Source: the human T2T-CHM13v2.0 reference genome, Homo sapiens
Reading direction: 5' to 3' (one strand)
Assembly (NCBI RefSeq): GCF_009914755.1
Contig: NC_060940.1
DNA: 64,000 nucleotides
Made by a program: the position numbers and the translations under genes. Positions 39,184 to 64,000 of the stretch are shown here, one piece after another. Under the pieces are notes generated by a model, which searched no databases, had not been told where the DNA came from, and saw only the letters and a list, made by a program, of their open reading frames with translations. Position 1 is the stretch's first letter. Every line of letters starts with the position of its first letter.

Positions 39184-39431
39184 GGTTATCTGCATAAATA
39201 AATCAGAAAAGCAGAGATTCTCACCTCCTCCCAACTCTGTTGTCCTAGCAGGCATGCAATAAAGAGAGTATCATTGCGGTATTATTATTATTACTACAGC
39301 TCAGAGTGTGGAAATGATTTTTTAAACACCATTGTATGTTCTTTAATTATCCCAAATTTTAAAAATGAAACTATGCCTATAGTAAGAAAAAATACAAAAG
39401 AGAATAAGGTGGAAATAAAGGGGCGATTTGC

Positions 39432-40933
<1,502 letters not shown>

Positions 40934-41274
40934 CTATTAAGAGCTCTTGTTAGTGTGGGTTTTATTAACAAAGACAGAGTTTGGGGAGGTGAGCCAGAAC
41001 CGTGCGGCAGCGAGAAGCGTTGTGCAAGTCGGTATTTATTTCTTTAGTGCAGTTAGAACTTAAATATGGTCAAAACATACTCTTCTTTTAATTTACACAA
41101 ACAAATATGTTCCCAGGCTGACACCTCCCGTGCCAAGTTTCTAGGGGAAACAAAATTCTACTGTGAGATTATAAACCACTCGAGAGAAGATGAGAATGGA
41201 AAAGCCGCCGAGAGTTAGCTCTCTCTACATGCCCAGAACTGGGCTGCTAAGAGGTGTCTTTTTTTTCATTGCAG

Positions 41275-41780
41275 ATAAACCTGCCAGTAATTTCAGCAAA
41301 TGAAACGTGGAACACGTCAAGGCCAGAGGATGGAAAAGGCTCCAGTTTTGATAAAAGGAGGCCTGCTTGGCTTGGAATCCTCTCTCCTGCTGGTTGGGAG
41401 ATGCAAAGATGTTTCCAGAGAGGGGCTGATGAATTGAGGGGAAAGAAATGAGCCCAGTATGAGTCCCCTTTCAGGGCTGAGCGTGTATAAAACCAAACAA
41501 CTTGGAACCGCTCCAAGAGAGGGGATTAAAGCAACATGTTATTCTGAGTGATTGCTTAATTTATTGAGCTGCGGCTGGATCTGTAATGAAATACAGCCCT
41601 TGTAACTGATAACCTCCTGCTGCCATTGAACTTCTACAATTAAGGAATATTTTCTGAGTTTCTCTGGAACGGCTCTGAATTTTTAGCCTCTGTGGTAGGG
41701 TGCTTCTGAACATTTGTTTTCCAGGCAATTTTTTTTGAGTATTAGGCTGATGTTAATAAATAAGCAGCATTTTATTGAGT
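41275..41780 (+). ncRNA. putative terminal exon of host lncRNA
   Basis: Branch-like GCTAA (41246-41250), polypyrimidine tract and CAG at 41272-41274. Unique sequence with ATTAAA (41525-41530), AATAAA (41755-41760) and a downstream GT-rich element. Confidence 0.6.
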
Positions 41781-41912
41781 GTTTTGTGGGAACCAGGAAC
41801 TTTATATACATTGTTTCTAATCCTGACACTAATCCTGTCAATATCCAGTGAAATAACCCCTATTATTCCCTATTTTACAGATGTGAAGCCACGAGACGTT
41901 AGGTCATTTTCT
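41762..41912 (-). mobile_element. MIR
   Basis: TTTATTGAGTG...TATTATTCCCTATTTTACAGATG. Confidence 0.7.
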
Positions 41913-41915
41913 AGA

Positions 41916-42131
41916 GTGGTGCTGTCCAAGACAGTAGCTGTGATGGCTCCTTGTGGCTATTGATGTGTAAATTAGTTAAAATTAAATAAATTTTAACATT
42001 TACACCCTAGGTTGCACTAACAATGAGTTCAAGTGCCCAGCAGCCCCGTGTACTGTGGCTGATGGCTACCACATTGGACAGTGCAGATATAGACCATTTG
42101 AAGGTTGCACAAGTGCTATTGGTCAGCACTG
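41916..42131. mobile_element. MER3-like hAT element
   Basis: GTGCTGTCCAA...TGTGGCTATT...AAAATTAAATAAA...GGCTACCACATTGGACAGTGCAG...ATTGGTCAGCACTG. Confidence 0.8.
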
Positions 42132-42137
42132 ACTTAG

Positions 42138-42270
<133 letters not shown>

Positions 42271-42327
42271 TAGCTGGGACTACAGGTGCATGCCACCACG
42301 CCCAGCTAATTTTTGTATTTTTAATAG

Positions 42328-42489
<162 letters not shown>

Positions 42490-42553
42490 TAATGGGCTTT
42501 GAAGGCAGAGTTCATCTGCCAGCCTTGTTGCTTCTTTTTCTTCCCTCTGCTGA

Positions 42554-43375
<822 letters not shown>

Positions 43376-43664
43376 TAGGCGTGAGGACCCACACAGAGGA
43401 TGCTGGAAGCAGCTGGTTCATCTGCCAGGAGAATGCAGTATCTTGTGACCAAGAAGTGGGCTTCTCCCAGGGCCACTTCTAAACCACCTCATCAGAGAGC
43501 TCAGGTTCATATCCGAGGGAAGAAACTGAAGTGCTTTCTCACACGCTTCCAGCTTGATGAGAATCACAGTAGGGAGCTTTGCTTTTCCAAACAGGCTTTG
43601 TCACATGATCATGGAAGAAAGGAGATGCCCACGTAAGATCACAGAGACAAGGTGAAAAACCCGT

Positions 43665-46325
<2,661 letters not shown>

Positions 46326-46802
46326 AGAGGTAAAGACCAGCCTTTTCCTTCCTTTCTCTCAATGCTTAGTGTGTCCACCCACTGCTGGCATCTCTGGGAC
46401 AAGCCTGGGTAGCAGGCTTGAGATAGATCTTCACGCATCCCACCCCCGTCTCCATGGCAACCAGTGGGGAGGGAAAGCTGCATCCACAAAGTTCTGGTCC
46501 CCACAGGGGTGAGGCCAGGCCACCAGTGTCATGCCAGGCCCTGTGTTGCTGCTCCCTTGGGAGAATTCCCACCAGAACTGCCTCCCTGCACCCATTCCCC
46601 ATCCCTCTGGCCCTCCCTGTGTGCCCCCTGAAGAAGTAGGGGCCAGTCAGTGGAGAGAACAGGACTCTCAATCAGATCCAGGTTCAAATTCTGACTTCAC
46701 CACTTAATGGCAGGATCGGAAACCTCCCTGAGCCTCATTTTTTTTTCATCTATAAAATGGGCATACAGTTTTATTTAATGTTTAAAAAAGGCAGGGGGCA
46801 CG

Positions 46803-47836
<1,034 letters not shown>

Positions 47837-48230
47837 TAGTGCTCACATTTCTATGAGCTAAGTCACATTATTCCCATCCTGTGGAGGGAGAAGCTTAGGC
47901 ACAGAGAGGTGAGATACCTTGCCAAAGGCCACACTACTGGTGTGGCCTTCTGTGGCCCTGTCTTCTGTGCTCAGCCCTCTGTGCATTGATGAAGCTTTGA
48001 AATGCCACAGCAGGGCCAGGAAATCAGTGCTGCCAGAAGACTGAAAAGCTCTCCAGATCATTTTCCAAATGAAGAAACAGTGGCCCAGAGAAGCCAAGTA
48101 ACTTGACTGGGGCCACATAGCAAATGGGTAGCTGAGCCTGTGTTCACACTGCTTGGGGAGATGGTGCAGGGAAGCCCTATTCAGTGAGGGAAGCCAACTC
48201 TTACTGCCCCCATGTAATCCTGTCCTAAAG

Positions 48231-48343
48231 CAGGGTGGCCAGCCATCCCAGCGTGCCTAGGACTAGGAGGTTTTTGGGACTGGAGACATTAGGTGCTAAA
48301 ACCAGGAAAGCTCTGGGCCAACTGGGATGAGCTGGGCATTCCA
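48231..48343. mobile_element. MER81-like hAT-Blackjack MITE
   Basis: CAGGGTGGCCAGCCATCCC...GTGCTAAAACCAGGAAAG...ACTGGGATGAGCTGG. Confidence 0.7.
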
Positions 48344-49005
48344 TCCCATAGACAGTAAGGTGTCTAAATGGTTATTTCCAGGAAATGAGGCTTTGGGATG
48401 GAGCTGGCTGGCAAGAACCATCAAGACCCCGTTGAAAGACTAGGGTTTTATGTCTATGATACCCTGGAGATTCCACCTATGTGTCACCTCAGTGGACTCC
48501 GCGGGGGCCCACGGCCTGGCATCCTATTCTGCCCCCAAACAGCTAAAGTGCTCTAAATCCTAAACCTAATTGCCCCATGTCCCAGTATGCAAACCTAAAT
48601 GGTTTCTCATTTTCCCCCCATTGCCTTAGGACCAACCATAAACTCTGCTGGCCCAGGAGACCCTTGGTGGGCTTGCCTCTGTCCACCTGGTGCTGCCTCT
48701 CTCTGCAACCCACCCCACCTCACCCCTACAAAATTCCAAGCAAGGACAGGATAACCAAAGACTTCTCACTTCACCCCCCTTCACCCACGTAACCTTTATC
48801 TTAGCATCCTACCCTTTTCTTCCATGACATCAGTGCAATTGTAATTACACAGCTATTTGTATAATTAGCTGATTATTAATATCTAGCCTCCCCCACCCCT
48901 GGCTAGACTGTCAGCCCACAGGGGCGGGGGTGGGTGTGTGATGTGCACTGTTTTACAGCCTGACTCAGTGGAGACACATGAATGACACTCAAAAGTCACT
49001 GAATG

Positions 49006-49602
<597 letters not shown>

Positions 49603-50769
49603 TCATTGAATGGCCCCACCAAAGACTGCTATCACCTCCAACTGGGCCTCCATCTGAAATCACAGAAACCCTCCATAGCCACCAGGGTCTCCACTTCCCA
49701 GGCTGCTATCCATGATGTCACAGGATGGAAAATGATCCCAGAAAAAGACTGGCAAAGGGAGAAGCTCCTGGAGGAGGATGTGGAAGGCAGGATTGGTGTG
49801 GTTTTTAATTACTGTACCTGTTCTGACCACATTTTCTTAGCTCTGCTCACATCCCTACTTCAATAGTAGCTTAGGACAACAAAACAAAAACATCAGCCCC
49901 AGAGTTTGAGACAAGATTTCTCACTGGTTCCCTCTTTGCCGGTAATTAACGCTGAAAAGTTTCAATACTTATCTTGGCAGCAAAGGTAATAATACAAACG
50001 CACAGCCAGATTATTTGGCTGCTAATTCTCTTCTTGATGTTTTCCTTCCCCTTTCCTTAAATTAATTCCAGAGTTCTTCCAGATTTCTCGTTGCTAAGCT
50101 ATAAAGTTCCAGGTTTCCGCAGCATGGCTGCTAATTGGCAGGGAGTTACCAGGCAGCTCCAATCAGAACCAGGTTGTTGAAAGGAGCGTCCACACTACAG
50201 CTCGCTCAGAGGTTTTGGAATTTTCTCGCTGACATTATGAACCGCAAAGGTCTTTGCCTAACTCTGTAGAACCTGTTTTCTTGATTTGGCTGTTGGGCGA
50301 CACCAGACGCCTTGGACTTTCCCTAGGAGGCGTGGGGAGTCCCTGGGTCTCCTGGTTAGGGTCAGTGACAGGGATGCTCAGAGCACATTCATGGCTCACC
50401 ACAGACAATGTGACCCCCAACACTGCTGCAGAAAGGGTGCCGCAAGCGCCCCAGGACTGACCTCTCACATCCATCTCCCAAGCATGTTGACAGACTATCT
50501 GGAGGAGGCTGATGATACCTCTGAACTTAGGATTTTAGGGGTGAAGGTCATATTTGTAAAGGACTTTAAAACACCCAAATGGAGGGCCATTTGGTGATCT
50601 ACCTCCAGAATCATAATGAAAACCATCACCATGAACTGAGTTTCTACTGTACACCACAAACCATATTCTCATCTGTTCCCATCCTAAAACTCCCACTGGA
50701 CCAGCTGGGAACCTGACAGCTGCTGCACTGTTGGTTCCACTTGCCTGCTGCCGTCTTCTAGGAGCAGAA

Positions 50770-51121
50770 AGTCATGTGACCCGGGCCTGGCTACTGTGAT
50801 TGGCTCTGTGATGAGCACATGACAAAGCTGGGCCAATCAGAATCTTCCCTGAGACTTTTTTTGCCAGATAGGAAAAGACTCCCCAACCCTACCGTTGCTA
50901 AGCTGGTGCCCATTGGGAACACATATGGAAGGTGCCTGAGAAATATAAGAAGCCCCCAAAGATATGCAGTCCCTATGACAATGCTTGAGCCTTAGATGCA
51001 CCTGTAGAGGAAGCCAGATCTACTTCCTGGATTTGACAGTTACAGGAATAGTAAATTCTTTTACTGCTTAAGCCAGTTTACCTTTGTGTCTGTTGCTTCT
51101 TGCTGAAGAGTGCTAAGTAAT
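50770..51121 (+). mobile_element. old MLT1 (J-like) LTR
   Basis: TGATTGGCTC..GCACATGAC..GCTGGGCCAATCAGAATC...GCTTAAGCCAGTTT. Confidence 0.7.
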
Positions 51122-51329
51122 GGGGTTACATAGCTTCTCTGCATGGTGCCTTGGCTCTAAGGCAGGCAGTTTGCTTATATTCCTGCATAGGGTCTTCACA
51201 ATTACCTGGTGAGGCACTCCATTTTGCACCTGGGGAAACTGAGGCTCAGAAGGGTAAGGGAGGCTTGCCCAGGTAACATGGTCACTGTGTTCTCAGGAGT
51301 TCAAACCTGGGCTAATTCTTTAGTGTCTG

Positions 51330-52643
<1,314 letters not shown>

Positions 52644-53433
52644 GTTGGGTTTTAGGATATGAAGGCACACATTTGCCTCTGGGGATGTTTGAGAATCCTG
52701 CCGTCAGCCCCTTAGTCCCACCCAGCTTTCGGGCACAAAGTCTTCAAGCCCGAGAGCTGGGGAAGACACAGCTCCCCGCGTGCTCAGCCATGCCATCGTT
52801 TATTCTGAAAATATTTACTAGTGTCTCCCAGGCACGGTTCCCTATGCTGGGGATACAGAGACGACAAGAGTAGCAAAAAGTGCACATGCTCATAGTGTGT
52901 GTGCTGCATGCCAGGCCTGGGCTCTGTGCCTCAGGACCTGGGAGGAGGTGGCCTCTACCGTGCAGGAGCCAGCAGGGCTGCCCCTCACAGCTGCCCACAC
53001 TGGCCGCACTTGGCCCCAGCCCGTAGGGATGTGTATCGGCAAACTCCTTTTGCTGCTGAACTCTGCAGTGGCAAGCTTGGCTGTTTTTCACAGTTAGAGT
53101 CTGGTGACGTTTAACTAAGGCTGTGGAGGAGAGCGCATGTGTGAGTGAGAGGGGTGCTCGCACAAGCTCGCATATTTCCCAAACACAAAGCCTGCAGTAG
53201 AACTGCCTGACACTCACCCCCACCGCCGCCCCCGCCACCCCTCTTCCCACACAAACACAGGTGATGAAAAAGTAAACTAAGTGAGAGGTCAGGTCTCTTT
53301 AGAAATCAAGGGTGTTTGAACTCAACAGCAGAGAGCTACTGTTTATTCTAAACCCCATGAAATAAGATGACTTATCATTAACAGATAAGTCAGTGGGGCT
53401 ACATGTTGTTTGAACATCAAAAGCCATTTGTCA

Positions 53434-54003
53434 ATCCATGCATCCATTTGTCTGCCTATCCATCCATCCATTTATCTACCCATCCACCTACCTATTCATC
53501 CACCTACCCATTCATCAATCCACCTACCCATCCATCCATCCACTCACCTATCCATCCATCCACTCACCTATCTGTCCATCCATCTACCCCATCCACCCAC
53601 CTACCCATTCATCCATCCACCCACCTATCCATCCATCCATCTACCCTTCCATCCACCCACCTATCCATTCATCCATCCACCCACCTACCCATCCATCCAC
53701 CCATCCACCTACCCATCCATCCACCCATCTACCTACCCATCCATCCACCTACCCACCTATCCATCCATCCATCCATCCACCCACCTATCCATCCATCCAT
53801 CCACACATCCACCCACCTATCCATTCACCCATCCATCAACCCCCAAGCCCATCCATCCATCCACCCATCCACCCACCTATCCATTCATCCATCTATCTAC
53901 CCCTAAACCCACCCATCCATCCACCCACCTCCCTACTCATCCATCCATCCACCCAGCCTATCCATCCATCTACCTGTCTATCCACCCATCTATCCATCCA
54001 TCA
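53434..54003. repeat. (CCAT/CCAC/CCTA)n degenerate tetranucleotide repeat
   Basis: About 570 bp, almost G-free on the + strand. Confidence 0.97.
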
Positions 54004-54241
54004 ATTTGCTAAGTTCTCAATATAATTATGACAGTAATATTAATAATAGCAATAATAGCAGTGGTTCCTATCAACTAGGTACTTTCTAAGAAACAGGTTT
54101 CTACACTAAGCACTTTGGAAACATCATCTGTTTAATTTTCACAAACAATTCTATGAGATAGATGCCAAAAGACCCAGTTTACAGAGGAAGAAAGTAAGGC
54201 ACCGAGAGGGTAAGTGGCTGGCCCCAGACTTCACAGCCTAC

Positions 54242-54935
<694 letters not shown>

Positions 54936-55079
54936 TAGGATCTGGGCCTCTCAGAGGCAGAGACTGTGGTCACAGAGATGAAGAGGATAGTGTCCCTGAT
55001 TACCAACAAATACCCTGCCAAGTCATCCATGTGAAGAGAGGTATGTCCCGGGGTGGGTTCCCTAGACACTAACGTCAAT

Positions 55080-56200
<1,121 letters not shown>

Positions 56201-56214
56201 TATTAGAAATTAGC

Positions 56215-57372
<1,158 letters not shown>

Positions 57373-57424
57373 CCACCATTAGCAATGACTCATGTATTCT
57401 GGGTTTGAGCAAGTGAAAGTAAGC

Positions 57425-58856
<1,432 letters not shown>

Positions 58857-59207
58857 CTGTAGTTGTGACAAAACCTTACTTGCCCACAGGGTTTCTAACC
58901 ATAGCTACATGTTTCCAGCCATGCTCAATGGTAGCCAGGTTCCGATTTTGTCCCATCTGGAGGTAAGCCTGTTGGCATGGTTCTCATGCATGATCTCAGT
59001 CCCCTTAGTGCTGGAAACGTCCAATGTCATTTGCTGAGGCTCTGGAGAGAAATTGAACCTGACGGCCATCACTGGAGCTGAGCCCCCCTCACTGCCCTGC
59101 GAGAAGCCACACATCTGTGGTGTGGCCCTCTTGGACAGACCAGAGGCACTGGGACCCTGTGGCTGAATTAAGGTGGGGGAAGAGGGAAGCCAGACCCATA
59201 AGCCTTC

Positions 59208-60799
<1,592 letters not shown>

Positions 60800-61484
60800 T
60801 AGTACTGAGGGCCCTCACTCCCCTTGTCTCTTGTCATTGCCCTATCCCCAGACTTGGCACAGTGCCTAGCATGCATGGTGCCTAGTACGCAATCGGTGCT
60901 CAGCATTTGCCACAACCAAAAGAGAAACCATCCCACAGCCGGTTTGAGGACAGAGCCAGGGACTTAGGGCATGACCTCCAGGTCACTGGGTCACCGCGTC
61001 CCCACTGCGATGACACAACTCCCTTTGCAGCACATCTCAGAGCGCGGATTGCAATATCCAGGTTGTTTCACTGTTTCCGCCCGCAATCCCCAAAGGCAGA
61101 CGAGCTGATGGCATGGGGAGGAAGGCCCGTGTGCCCTTGCCTCAGGAAGCCAGGACATTCAACACCAGCTGGGCAGACTTGGAAAGGCCAAGGGGCAGCA
61201 AGGCCAGGAACTGGCACCTCTCCAGGTTTCTGTCATTTAAGGTCAGCTTCTCACTGACCACTGCCCACCACCCATAAGTTGAGCTCCAACCCAGAAAAGC
61301 AACTGTCCGGGCCCTGCCCAAGCCAGTCCCCTGCCCTCCCTCATCCCCACACGCCTCACCGCACGCATTCACTTAGCACACAATTATTTATTGAGCATCT
61401 ACTATATGCCAGGCACCATGCCAGGTCAGGAGATGCAGTGGTGAGCAGATGAAGCTCTGCACTCCCAGCTATCGTGGTTGTGGT

Positions 61485-63113
<1,629 letters not shown>

Positions 63114-63439
63114 ACTCCTGCCAGGAACTAGTTGATTACAGTGCTGCGATCAGGCCAAGAAGAAAATAGGGAGGGGTGTGTGACAATGACAGGACCCAGC
63201 CTGCGGCTGGGAGATCTCTCTCTGAGGACTGACACTTGCTTTGGGCCAGGTTCCCGGGAGGTGGCGAGGAAGGGCCTGACTCCGACCCCCTCCTTCTGTA
63301 AGCAGCGCCTGCGCCCCTCCAAAACTCAGCCTTCCGTCTCCTGTAGGAAGCCTTTAATCTCCCAAGCTGGTTTCAGCGCCTCCCTTACCTGAGGACTTAT
63401 AACACTCTACCCTCATCCCTTTGAATGTTTCTAAATAAA

Positions 63440-64000
<561 letters not shown>

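Noticed and set aside
53403-54025. His/Pro-rich 167-200 aa ORFs
   Set aside because: Translations of (CCAT)n, open in all three frames.

Overview
Human (primate) genomic DNA with no supportable protein-coding gene. Recognisable anchors on the + strand are a tRNA-Thr(CGT) gene (1156-1227) in a CpG island, pre-miR-193b (19202-19284) and pre-miR-365a (24525-24611). From memory, this combination is the MIR193BHG (lincNORS) locus on chr16p13.12, downstream of MRTFB. A second CpG island (~16950-18450) is the likely host promoter, with a consensus 5' splice site at 17771/17772. A candidate terminal exon with a polyA signal lies at ~41275-41780. The rest is repeat-dense: roughly 60 Alus, plus MIR, L2, old L1, MaLR/ERV LTRs, hAT MER elements and microsatellites. 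Repeat family names are recognised by eye and their boundaries are approximate. I found no convincing wholly new system. The best leads are: cross-complementarity between miR-365a-5p and the miR-193b 3' arm; a strong 3' splice site and a Kozak ORF at the miR-365a hairpin; twin helically phased STAT5/BCL6 sites in the promoter; an overlapping ERE/NRF2 element at a splice acceptor; a templated insertion inside an Alu; and a ~27-bp L1 insertion nested in an Alu nested in MER58.
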